The notes under the pieces: generated by a model | Told to the model about the DNA's origin: nothing | Databases searched by the model: none | Seen by the model: only the letters and a program-made list of their open reading frames with translations | Source: Azolla caroliniana | Taxonomy: Eukaryota; Plantae; Polypodiophyta | Assembly: GCA_043228905.1 (NCBI GenBank) | Contig: JBHGNT010000012.1 | Coordinates: 15,748,001 to 15,812,000 of the forward strand | Reading direction: 5' to 3' | Length of the DNA stretch: 64,000 nucleotides | Program-made: the position numbers and the translations under genes | Shown here: in pieces, positions 24,221 to 37,230 of the stretch | How the letters are laid out: each line of letters begins with the position of its first letter | Numbering within the stretch: the stretch's first letter is position 1

Positions 24221-25984
24221 GCCATTGAGTTTGGGGATAATAGAGTGTTCAATAAAGGGGTGTCTACACTTGACTCCATGTTCTATGAGGAATTAGAAAT
24301 TTGTATTAGACCAAATGAAAATAATTAGCAGAATAATAATATGATATGTATAAAATTACTCAAGATATTGAAGGAGATTCTATATGCTCAAAAACATATG
24401 GAGCACAATCCGAAAACAAGGATGAGTTTTCGGGTTTTTCTCAAATGTGTAATGAATAAACATAAGATGAAAATGGAGAATGTAAAACAATCATAAAAAC
24501 GGGGATGGTAGGACATAGTTTTAGAACATATGGTCAAGCTCAAGATAGTGTCTAATTTCGTGTTAAAGCAAAGGCTTTCATGTTCAAATCATAAAAACAT
24601 TTGAGAAATATGCATTTTGACCATAACAAAAAAGAGACGCAGATCTATCATTGAGGTCGCGTTTGAGCCATTCCAGTAAAAAGAATATAATATTTTTGCA
24701 GTTTGACCTTACTCAAAAAGATTTGGAAAAGGATAGCTTGATTATGTAAAATCTGAAATATCATATCTAGATCAGGTATTCCATAAAGTAAAATGAATGA
24801 ATAGAAGCATTCCATGTAAATCAACATAAAAATTTCCCACTTTTGATCCAAAGTTGTAATTCCGAAAAGAGCAAATTCTAAGATCATGTCTGAATCAAGC
24901 ATACTAAATGAGATGAATAAAATGACTCCATGCAAGAAACATTACAATTCCACATAAGAATAAATGAGAGTTTCATATTAAAAACATTAGAATGTCATGT
25001 TAAAAAAGCAGCAGAAGAGCCGAACGACTCTATGCATTGGAATCAAATCATTGCAATCCTCCATGCATTGGAATGAAATCAATTGGACAGAAAAGGAGAA
25101 GAAGGCACCTATCGAACTCAAACTACTATTATAACAAACATCAGCCGTGGAACCACTTGTCTGGTATAAATAATTCCATGTGTTTATGGATGCACTCAGA
25201 CATTCCGACTGATGCAAACATATGACTTCCAATCTCCTATACTAGCAGAAAATTACCCGCATCTTGGGATTGGTAAGAGTAATTACCCGAAAACTTTCCT
25301 ATAAGAATAAAATAGGGAAACATTGTCTTCCCCAAAATAGGAAAACAAAGTAGCTTGAATAGATTTTGTAAATCGTTCATTGGCAGAGCAATTTAATTGA
25401 TAACTCCTATTTAATTGCAATTTAATTCTACAAGACGATTAGCCGCTCACGCTACGTGATTCTAAGACTGATGGATGGGGTAAGGAGACATGGAGATGCT
25501 GGAATTGATGGAAAACCAGCTTCTCATTCAGCAATATGCCATTGAAGAATATGTCCGGGAATTTACAGAAAAGCAAATGGAATCAACAGGAAAAAATGAA
25601 AAAAAAAAAAAAAGAGGGCCTAAAACAAAGTAATTCGTGTATGGCATTATGGATTATGAGGAAATGAAGAAATTTAACATGTAGAAATATATGATTGTGA
25701 GTTAAACTTTAAAGATGAAAATATACATTTAGTTATATTAATGGTACCTAGAAGAGGAATAGCCCTCAAGAAATGGAGAAAGAAGTACCTGGAAATTTGG
25801 AATGTAATCAAATTAGTCTTGCTACCTGCAGAAGAAGAAGAAGGAAGAAGAGAGATTTTTGAAGAAGAAGGAAGAAGAAGAGTTATGTGTTTTTAAAAGT
25901 TAGGTCAAATTTGATGAACTGAATGTGAAAATCTTCTTAAATTGATAAAATTAACCTTTAAAAGTTTTATAAAAGTGTCACCCT

Positions 25985-26169
25985 ATACCGTTAAGCCGTT
26001 TTAAACCGTTTAAGCCATAGTTTCAAACCATTTAAACCGAAACCATTAAGCTGATGAGGGCTCGAACCGAGTTATTTATAAAAATCCAAACCTGAACTGA
26101 ACCATTTAAACCGTTAAGCTGCATTTTCGCGATTTGGCTCGGTTCAAGCCGAACCGTTGTCGATTGCTA
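25985..26169 (-). mobile_element. hAT terminal region with TIR, likely the 5' end of the element carrying the 22950-24220 transposase
   Basis: Reverse complement begins TAGCAATCGACAACGGTTCGG, matching the MITE TIR at 12044; clustered AAACCG motifs. Confidence 0.6.
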
Positions 26170-27441
26170 TACACACCCATGTGCATAATAGACGAAAATA
26201 TATCTACATATAACCAAAAAGGGAAATGGCCGAAACTAGCCAAATTTGGGTCATTTTTTTAAGCTCCGCACTATCCCCTCCATTGAAACAACCCGAGCTT
26301 GAGCCCAGCACCTCAAACCCTTCAAAGTATTACGGAGGCTAGTTGACACCAAGAATATGCCAAAATATAAATCTAACCCCTAGCCCCCCAACAAACACAC
26401 CTCCTAAAACCACACTTCAGCAAAGAGGGTACCCCCATGCATTGGCAGAGGCTTCAACAACATTACCAAAACACGTTGCAAGATCTCAACACCATAAAAG
26501 CAAGAAATCAAGTTGTGGACGTAGCAACTAACCAAAGGTGGCCAACTTGCATCCATCATCCACGGCATCGAGGCTAACACTTTTTTAACAAAACAACACA
26601 TATTCCAAATATACAACAAAGACTCGTGCACCTTGAAGCCACCATACAAAATCAACATGAGTGACCCCCATCTTGACATGAGTAATTATATAATACCATG
26701 AGCTTTATATATACATTGTACAGCCTTTTAAGAGTATGTGAATAGGCCAAGATTATGACTTCCATTACATGAACTTATCCTTTAACTTACTGGACATTTG
26801 TTCAATCAACTAGTTGTTCGTAACGTTCATTTCCATTGGATACCCTAAACGTCAACAAATAGAAGCTTTTCCAACCATGGGTCCTTGTCATTCTAGATAT
26901 TCCAAATCCCTTTTTAGTATACAATATGAGACTAGACTTCCTCTAATTAATATGTAATTTGGATGCCAATGGAATTGGTTCAATACAAAGCATCCCCTTC
27001 ACATGGAGGCTCATAAAAACATGAAAGAATCATAAGCCAAACCTTATGGTACTAGTTGCCCCCTAGGAGGAAGGTGTAAATCCACAATGTCACCATTAAT
27101 TGCAAACCTTGATAACATCACCAACAAGAGGATGAGTAACAATAGCAAACAATAATGGGCTAAACGGGCATCCTTTGATGAACAGATCTTGTGAGGGCAA
27201 TATTTAATGTAATTCCCCTCATTAACCATTACTCAAGACACCACATCTTGTCTTAATAAAAATATGCAACGAGACATACGTGGGTCCAAAGCCCATTGTA
27301 TGCATTAACCTAGGAAAGAAATGACCATTTTACATGATCACAAGCTCTCTCCAAATCTAATCGCACAATACTCAATAAGTAGCAAGGACCTTCATGTACA
27401 CATTGCATGTTAAAAAAGACGGCTCTCCAATACACAAACAT

Positions 27442-27655
27442 CATATGTTTTGTGAGCCACTAACAATCGTCAACGATTTGGTTCGAGAGGGGGATAACAA
27501 CAATCGCAAGCATCGCTTGTTATTAGGTCTACTAGCCATGAACTGGGCATATGTTTTGTGAGCCACTAACAATCGTCAACGATTCGGTTCGGTTCGAGAG
27601 TGTCAAACTCAAAACTGTTTTAGAAAAATTGAAACTTAAACCGAACCGTTACAAA
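27442..27655. mobile_element. Truncated hAT-MITE end with a local direct duplication
   Basis: catatgttttgtgagccactaacaatcgtcaacgatt occurs at 27442 and 27549; 27567-27650 is the reverse complement of 12365-12446. Confidence 0.7.
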
Positions 27656-28070
27656 AAAAATCAATCTCAAACCAAATGGATAATTTATATTTTATAATTC
27701 CTTTTTTATTTTATTTTCTATGCATAATTTGTGGGGGCTGGAAAGAAGAAGCAAGAGGAATGAATGAATAGCCATAGCTGTTCTGCTTCAAACAGAGGAT
27801 AGATTACATAGATATATCATATATATATATATATATATATATATGCATTTATGGTTTATTCAGTGGATCAAGAAGAACAGAGCACGTTCTTAATGGATTC
27901 CTTCAATCCACACTTCACAGGAAAGCCCACAAATTCAGAGACTTGAATCAGGGTTTCTTCTCCCTTCACACACACACACACACACAAAGAAAAAACAGTA
28001 GTAAGAAGCAATTTTTACTGATTCTCTTTTGATTTATTTCATTTTCCACTTTCAGTAGTATTTTTCCCAT

Positions 28071-30110
28071 ATGACTGTCAGATTGGTTCCTACTTCCTTG
28101 AGCCAGAAAGCCCTAATATTTAGTGTGCAAACTAGACCTTGTGGTGTGAAATGGGCCCTTGAAAATAAGACTAATTTCCTCTCTCATGGAGAGCCCACAG
28201 CATACATAGGGTTCAAAACGAACCCAGTTCAATCTTTTCTACCATTTTCGAGAAATGTGACTTCTAAGAAGGTTTTGGCTTATTTCGGTCTCTTAGACAT
28301 AAAAGGTCTCTCATTGATGAGATGCTTAAAGCAATCGTCCGATCTCGATGAAGAAGATGTGGTTAATTTGCTCATTACATTGAACTTGCAAGGATTTAAG
28401 GAAACAGATATAAAATCTATGCTCGGCAAGTATCCTCGTCTTGTAAGGTTGAAAGGATCTAAGGTTGAAGAGTGTGTTAAATTCTACTTGGGTCTTGGTT
28501 TCCATGGGAGCATGGTAATCTCTCTCTTTGTGAAGAGACCATCTTTACTAGTTTGTGATGTACAGAAGGCGAACCAAGTAATCGAGTTTCTCATCTCTAT
28601 TGGAATGCAAAAGGAAGATGATCTTAGCATTATACTGTCAAAAAGACCTCATATACTTGAAGCTGATGTGGAGTCACTGAAGAACATTGTATCTTCATTC
28701 TTGAGGGCTAAGCTTAGCCAAGATGATATCAATGGGTTATTCAAGAGAGTTCCTACAGTATTCACATCTATGTCCAAAGGCAATATGAATAATAGCCTTG
28801 AGTTCTGGTCTAGTGTGGGGGTTGAAGGAAAAGATCTATGTAGAGCTCTTCGAAGACGTCCGAACCTCTTAAGTTATGACACAGAAAGCATGCGAAATAC
28901 ATATACATACTTGCAACGATGGTTGGATCCAAGCGATGTATCAAAGTTGGCTTCTAGGTTTGCAGAGCTTTTGGCATATGATCCTCAAGAGAAAATAGAG
29001 CCTCTTATCAACTATTTCTTAAGATTAGGATTGCGTGAGAAGGATATAGGGAAAGTAATTCTTCGACGACCACAACTTATGGCATGTACTATTCAAAGAT
29101 TGGATTCGACTGTTTGCTTTTTGAAAGGTCTCGGACTTAAGGAATCAGTGCTTCACAAAGTGCTCACTATGTCTCCTCAGGTAAACAATCAATCTTCCAT
29201 GTTTTCTCAAACCAACATATAATTTTCAAAATCTACAAGAGAATGAATCAGTTTCTTTTTGTAAATAGAGTATATTGCATAGTTTAGATAACCTTTTTGC
29301 AAATTTATCATCTGTGCCATTTCATGACTCGAGCCTTTTATCAGTAGAGTATATCAATCAAACAGTTCATGTGGTTGTAGGTAGACATTGAACATACTGT
29401 GATTGTTTCTAGTTCACATTGGCTGTGGTAAAACTTGAGGTTCACATTTTTACCCTAAACCCTTAAAGACAAAACTGTTGGCAGTTATACTTCTTCACCT
29501 GACCACCTTTTGGCTGATGACACATAAAACCAAGAATCAACATGAATATTCTTTTTGAGTGCCTGTTCTTTATAAAATGTCATCTGGGAAAATGATTCAA
29601 AATGCTAGAAAGGTGTTTAATGACATGGAGCACGGAGTTTCTCCATGTGTAGACTCCCATTGTGATTTGTAAGTGTATATCTATGCATATGTCAAGAATC
29701 AATATGTATGTGCATGTGGTTTTGTGTGTCTATTCATAAATATACAATACATATGAGGGCACACATGCATACATGTATATTGGAATATATGGCTGAACTA
29801 CCCCTTATATACAAAGACAGTGTCTTGGAGAAGAAATCGACTACATTTTCTTGAGTATGTGATTGGTAAAGTTGCAAGTTTGGGATTCCACTAGCTATGA
29901 ATAAAATGAAAGTGTACTCCAAATGTTTTGCTCTACGATGAAAAGAAAAGATTTGTGCCAATTCATAGGCACTTCGACCATTGCTGAGAACATGAATAGG
30001 ACTTGTAAGATACATGTGGCTGCTGGTGTAAACATGAAAAGAACTTGTAAGGCACATTAGTTTATGAGAGAGATATATAGATAGATTATATTATCGTCTT
30101 CGGAGGTCAA

Positions 30111-30149
<39 letters not shown>

Positions 30150-31290
30150 TTAATTGCTCAGGTGTTCACCTTGAATGCAAATGACAAGCTAAGACGTGGA
30201 ATCAAATTTTTCCAGTCTATTGGCATTGACAAAGAACGAGACATGGAATTTCTATTCTCAAGGAATGCTCAAATATTTTGTTGCAGTATCGAGAAAAACT
30301 TAAAGCCCACTTTTGATTTTTTCTTGAGCACTGGATTGGACAAGCAGGTTGTGTCAAAAATGGTTGTGCTTTTTCCCCCTATGTTGGGACAAAATGTAGA
30401 AAGATCCCTCGCACCAAAGTATCAATATCTCATTGGTGATATGAACCGCTCAGTAGAGGAATTAGTGGAGTTCCCTCAGGTATGCTGGACAATGTGTATT
30501 GATTAATTCATAAGTAACTATCCTATATGCACCAATGTTAGGAACAAAGATTGTTTTTTAACAAAAATATAATAATTTGGTGAAAATGATCTATTAACAA
30601 ATATGAAAAGATTTTGAATGTTTTAATTCTAAATTGTTGCAAAAATCAGAGGCATCTATCCCTCTAATATGTCGAAATTTCAAAATGATTTACATACTAT
30701 CGCAAGTGCAGATTTGACACTGAACTTGTGTTTTTTCTTATGAATATTATTGCGCACCACATAGTAGTGAGATCCTTTTCTTTCTTTGCCTTTCTCAGTT
30801 CTTTGGCTATAGCTTGGAGAGAAGGATAAAGCCTAGGCACAAACTATTGTCAGAGCTAGGAGTGTGTGTAAGCTTGCCATCAATGCTTGCTTGCACTGAA
30901 AAGGACTTCCACAAACGTCACATATTACCTTATTCTCTATCGAGGCGATCAATAGGGGCAGACAAATGTGTGAAGAAATTGATGGCCCCAAAGAAGGGGA
31001 AGACAGCTACAAAGACGAAGACACCTTCATTTATGAACGAGGATCCCTCATATTTGGGGATTCAAAAACCACAAGATGATATAGCTTGTGATAGCAAGGC
31101 AGGAGAAAATGTTACAAATGAAGAAGATGGAGGGTTTAAGCATGATGAAGAGATTTTGAAGCTACAAACTCTGATCTCTGAGAAAGAAGATATTTTGCAT
31201 ATGGAGTCAAAGGTATGGGTTCCAGTTGCACAAATGCATGATGAGATGCCGGAGGAGCAGGTATGTAACTTGTTTCTTGCTTTGGAGTGA
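28071..31290 (+). CDS. mTERF family protein (probably organelle-targeted); exons 28071-29180, 30162-30479, 30799-31260 or to the stop at 31290
   Basis: Repeated mTERF motifs (K.P.LL...E..L.P...FL..LG), C-terminal EELVEFPQ|FFGYSLERRIKPRH; phase-0 GT-AG junctions; transit-peptide-like N-terminus; probable 5'UTR intron ending near 28055. Confidence 0.93.
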
Positions 31291-34200
31291 TGAATACTAA
31301 GTTATGAATGCAATACTAAGTAGGTATATTGAGGTTAGAATTTCAATGCTAGATATGTATATCAAGATTGGAATCTCAGTGCTAGATGCATATATTGAGA
31401 TTCCAGATTCCGAATATTAAGATTCAAATTCAAATGTCGATCGGAGGAATAACAATTTTCTATACAAGTTGCTGAATGCCAGTACTAGATATTCATGCTA
31501 CCTTTTCTGGGATCCATGGGATTGTATTGTTTTGTCGTAATATGTGTTTTTTCAGATCAAGATAAAGGAAAAGTGAAAGAAAAATAGAAGGATTATATGA
31601 ATGATCTTTTGTTTGGTTTATGCTCAGGTTTATCCAGCCACATTTAGAAAATATTACAAGAATCTTTCGCCTTGTGGAATATGGATACATGCATATAAAC
31701 TTGAACAATAGAGATTTCACTTGTACGAAGATTGTTGCTGCCCCATGAAAGTTACTTGAAGGATTCAGCAATGCTGCTTAAGAAAAAAAGCAAAGGCACT
31801 TTCTGAATGAGGTATATTATTAGTACAAATATCGTAATAACTAAATCCCAATATTTTGTTGTGATTATCCATACAATCGTTGGAAGGAAATAACAAGCCA
31901 ACGTGTTCTTGTGCAGGTGCGTAAGTTGAGAATATTGGCAACATGAATGGATTTGTTTTAAGGAAATTTGAAGGAAAAATATCAATGACATTTGTAGTAG
32001 GTGAACCATTTGTTCGCCAAGCAATGAAGAGGAGATTCTCCATCCTTTTCACATGTCAATAACATTAGTAGTCTGACGGATTATGCTTCAATGCTCTTGA
32101 TCTTGTTCCTACATTGAACATTGTAATTATTCTTTTTCTTGTAAAAGTATTCTACGTATAAAAACATGGTAATACATACAAACTTATTTGGAACCTACTA
32201 TAATAGTGAGAATAATATGTCAAGGTAAATCCTTCGAGGACGGTGTGCTCATAGAGGTCAGTTGCTAGAACTACTAGATACAAACATGTTGTAGGACTCC
32301 ATTGAGATCGACCATTAAACAAAAGTCCATCTATCATAAAATGTAATTGTAGCATAGACACCAATACCTAAGTTGAGCCAACATTATCGTATATGATGGG
32401 GAGGGTAATGTAGTAGGTGAATGTCCCATTAGGCTAGTAAGCATAATAACATAAAAGGCCCCTTAAGTAGAGGGGAGAAAAGTCATCAAATCACTTCAAG
32501 CCATTTGTGGTTGTCCATATGTGAACATGAGCTAATATCTTTTGTTGCTTGTAGTGTGTCCTTGTGTCATTTGGTGAGATTGTGAAGTTCTTATTTGTGC
32601 AAGGACATTTAGCTCTATGAGATTTCATTTTGATGTTAAGTCAAGCTGAAATTCAGTTTTTGATTCATAGAAAGTGCTGTACATAAAAGCCAAGATTGGA
32701 GGAATTCCACTATTTCTTAAATTATCTAAAACAATTATTTTCATTGTTTTATGTAAAAATATCGGCTAATTATCTAGGAGAATGGCTCAAACAGACTAAA
32801 ATAAAACTTGATGGATGAGATTGTAATTTGTACAAAGTAGGCCATTCACTTGTTTTTTATAATTGTTTTTAAAGCTCAAGTAACGGATTATTCTTTTAAA
32901 GTAAATGCCACCAATTTGTATAATGATTGAACTAGAAGGATGTTTATGTATGCGCATACACATATCAACATTTATTGACGATATTAAAAGTATTGTGTTA
33001 CAAAACAAAGAGTTTCATTTTCAATTGGCAAATCAATAAGTTTGATTCCTAGGATCGTGGGGTGAAACATGGCCTCTCATAAATAAATAAAAGATTTATT
33101 CCATGTAATAATTACAAATGCAATGAGTTGTTTTTAAGGTGCAATACATGATTTACTCAGCTTGAATCACTAGTAATTGTAAGCCTAGGAATAGACAAGA
33201 AACATATTCCAGAAGTTATAACATGTGTGAGATTCATTTGATGGTTAAAAATGATGAAATGTAGTTGGAAGGGTGTCCAAAAATATAACAACTGATGTCA
33301 AATTAGAGGATTAATGAGTTACAAAAATATAGGATGTTGAGAGTGATTCTCAATTACTCTTTTGCAAGGCACACAACATATAGCACACAAGGAGACAAGA
33401 TGGATATGAATAGTTTGCATCGCCATGTGGTGGGCATCATGATGAGTTCATACCTATCATGATATGGTGGACACTAGAAATAATTATATGATATAGATAA
33501 TGAGTGCAATATGAAAAAATGCAATTTATATTGTATTGTTTTGAAGGTTTATCAAAATGTAAAATAACACATCTAGCATAGTGATATCAAATACAGATAG
33601 GTTTGAAAGAGAGTTGGAAGGTGGGGGGCATTTTGTCAGAACAAGTGTGAAATGTCCTAGCAGGTAGGTAAGGTAGTGTAAAATGTTCAGGGACAGTTGT
33701 GTAAATATATAAAGCATGGGGGTAGAGAGTTCTGTTGTACAATATACTTAGCTTATTTCGAGAAACTAGATTAGGGAGAAAGAGACAAGAAAGATGGAAT
33801 ACAACTCTTAAGTTAAACCAACAAAGTGAAAAAAAGGAACATAATGATGCCGAGAGTGACATCAAAGAGAGGAAACGTGAAGCAAGATATTGTGAACAAG
33901 GTGGTTCATAATGTGTCCTACACTTTACCATGTTGTACCCAACAACAAGAATTTGAGTCGACTCCTAACAACAATGTGAACAATGTTGATGGCTCATCTT
34001 ATTACGCCTCTTGGCCTTCCCCTCGTCACTCAAACTTATCTACCTCCTCTTTGCGTTCTATGATTTTCTTCCATCCCACTCTAGATAAATAATCTCTTAA
34101 TTTTATATTAGCTCAATCAACACATCTTCTTTTAAGCTACGACAACAACCTTTACATTACAAACACACCAATTACTATCTTTTTAATTATATGCACCATC

Positions 34201-36607
34201 ATCTCACACTTACCCTCCACTTGATTGCTACCATCTTGTCCCAAACATTGTGCTTTTTCAAGTATTTTATCACTTCTAGCTTGAGTGTTCACATCAAGCC
34301 ATAAGTTGCGTTCTAGCCTGCCTTCTTCAATGGATCTTTTATCATATAGATGCTCCATATTGTGATCCAATGTCATTGTCTCATTGGTTATTTAAAAATA
34401 CAATGAAGTTCATCAACAAAAGAAAAACAACCTATTATGGTGCTTGGTCTTCATCATACACATTAGTAAAATGCCTAGACCAATGTTAGACAAAGTTGTT
34501 CATCCCTCCCTCTCAAACTTTTATTCTTGTTCATTACCCATAGAACCCCACTTAACCGATTCCTTTCAAGACTAATAAATTCAAGTGTTAGAAGAAACAA
34601 GTTCCTCCACTTACAAAGCAATTTTCCCCAATATTGAAGTTCAAGCGTGAAGCAATGTATCCATGTGTATGGAATAATTAAGGAACACTAGTAAATACTT
34701 GGTATATCCCACTCTTATGAACCTAACAATGTTTTAGATTGTGAAAACGCAACTACAAGTCCCTAGTAGTATATTTAGCTACATTTATCATGGTTAGGTT
34801 AATTTTTTGTAATTTTGGAAGAAATATTGATTGCAAGTACAAAAATAAGAGTGTGGCTAATTGTCGTAAATAAATTAATATTCAAGTGGAGCTTATGTTA
34901 GAAGTTTGTAAAAATGAACTTTCTAAGTATAAATGATTGAACGAACGTATAGCTTATGGCCCCCCCAAGAAGTAAATGTTTGGGCAAATATTTTAAAATG
35001 TTTTTGGCAAATACTACCTAAAAATCCTTAATCGTCGAGTGAGAACTTTCAAAGACCTTGGACACCAAACATAGCTAGTAGCTTCCTAAAATAACTGGTT
35101 GAATAGACATTTTGCATAAAACCAACCACAATGTCCCCTTGGGTCTAATACATATTTCTAGCTATCAAATTGAAAATCCCATGAATCAAAAGAAATATTT
35201 ACAATGCATGCTAAAGTATCAAATGGCATGCACAATCATCTCTACTGCAATATTTTTTAGTGTAAATATCAAATGTTTATTATGGGTCCCTCCAAGTGAC
35301 TTCTAGGAGGAATTATGTAGTCTCCTTTTACAGGAGGGAAACCTTTCCTTTATAAGGAATTTATAATCATATTCCTTGGTTGAGACATCAATCCATAATC
35401 TTATAAGCACAAGCGTTACTAACACTCAATCATGTTTTCAATTTATATTTAAAGTATTACGATGAGATTAGCTCATGCATTTAATATTTTCATGGGATCA
35501 AATTGATTGGAATGTCCCTGACAACATCTTTTCAACTTAATGATGATATTTATAACTTGACATATGTCAATAGATCCATGAGAATGTTGACCTTACTTTT
35601 TCAACTCTCAAATTTTTGTTTCGAACCTTGTATGAATGTTAACTTTTGGAATATTAAAATTGATATTTGAATGACAACCAAGCCTGAAATATTAAAATTG
35701 ATGTCTGAATGACAATCAAGCCTACATAATGACAGGCTGTTAATCATCCAATGATGCTCAGTTGATTTCCACATACGATTATCTTAACAATAATTACCAA
35801 TTGTCTACGAAGATGGTTTTTGATAAAGTGTGTCATTTAGGATGGTAACATGAGATGAGCCCAAGGTGTCTTGTTGGGATCAGTTGGCGAATCCCAAACA
35901 AATGGCATAATCCATTTTTATCACCATTAAATTAGGACATGCCATTTAGCTAATTGAAAATAATGCATGAAACAATCAAGGGATGCAAACAAATGCATGC
36001 ATGGGCCACACAAACTTAGGTTGAATTTCCAAGCGAAGATTTAGGTGTTGCCACCAAATGTGCACGCATTATTATTATAAAGGTCTTTCCTTTTTGCTTT
36101 TTCTACACATTGATGCTTTTAAAGGATAAAAACAAGGCTACGCGATATTAACTTTCATATCGATACCATTGACTTTATGAACAAAAACCTTATCTTAATA
36201 TCCAATACCAAGGGTTGCTTCACATGTGTACATCATAACAAATGGAGGGTCAAATCACACATTCAAAACCATAGGATCCATATGTGCACAACATCATCAC
36301 TATGCACATTCATATGGCATGGTTAGGTGTATGATGCAAATACCTTTCAATATGAAGGTCTGATACTACAAGATGTTGAGATGCATACAAGTCTACAATA
36401 GACCTTGCATTCTAAATTAAGGATTAGAAATCGTGTTTCCACTTAACACGTGCAAGTTAGTTTCGCATTTTCTAACAAACAATGAATTCTTTTTATGATC
36501 AAGAAAAGATTCAATGAAAAGTATTGAGTTATTTAACCTATGGCTGTTCACATTCAAAGGTGCAAGAATCTGTATAAATGATGGTAAGTATGGTTTAACA
36601 TAGAAAT

Positions 36608-36963
36608 ACGAATGAAGGATTTTTTACTTCCTTTCTACTTTCTGTTTTTCAAACTTGGCTTTGAGAATCAACAAAATAGCATACGAATGATCACTAAAAC
36701 AATGAATGAAAGGATTTTTTTACTTCTTTACTCGTTTCCGCTTTTCAAACTAGGCTTTGAGAATAAAAAAATTTGCATACAAATGATCACTAAAACAATG
36801 AATGAAGGGTTTTTACTTCTTTACTAGTTTCCGCTTTTCAAACTAGGCTTTGAGAATCAACAAAATTGCATATAAATGATCACTAAAACAATGAATGAAA
36901 GGGTTTTTACTTCTTTACTAGTTTCAGCTTGTCAAACTAGGCTTTGAGAATCAACAAAATTGC
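36608..36963. repeat. About 94-bp tandem repeat, nearly 4 copies
   Basis: Unit gaatgaaRggWtttttacttctttact...ttttcaaactaggctttgagaatcaacaaaat...atgatcactaaaacaat, just downstream of the kinase gene. Confidence 0.95.
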
Positions 36964-37230
36964 CGGTTGTGGGAACATAGTGGAAATAAGTTTAAGTCAA
37001 CAGTGGAGAAAAACCATCGACAGAAACAATATTCTTTTATTATATTTGTTGCATCCGAAAGGATTCATGACCTTTTTTGGCATATGATACAAAGAAAAGA
37101 AAAGAAAAGAAAAGAAAAGAACTAATCAAAATAAAAATTCACAAAATGCGCTCTATAATACACAAAATCAATGCATCATATGTCACCGAGAATGATATAT
37201 AGTGTATTGATCGATCACACATGATTTTTA

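Noticed and set aside
26050-26080. CTGATGA hammerhead-like core
   Set aside because: Followed by GAAC rather than GAAA, no stem I or III, and it lies in hAT subterminal repeats.
26170-27440. Possible decayed coding sequence (including the hydrophobic ORF 27044-27229)
   Set aside because: No family motif recognisable by eye; cannot be supported without a homology search.
33335-34420. Possible LTR or transposase relic
   Set aside because: TG start and TE-like composition only; no matching terminus, TSD, PBS or clear motif.
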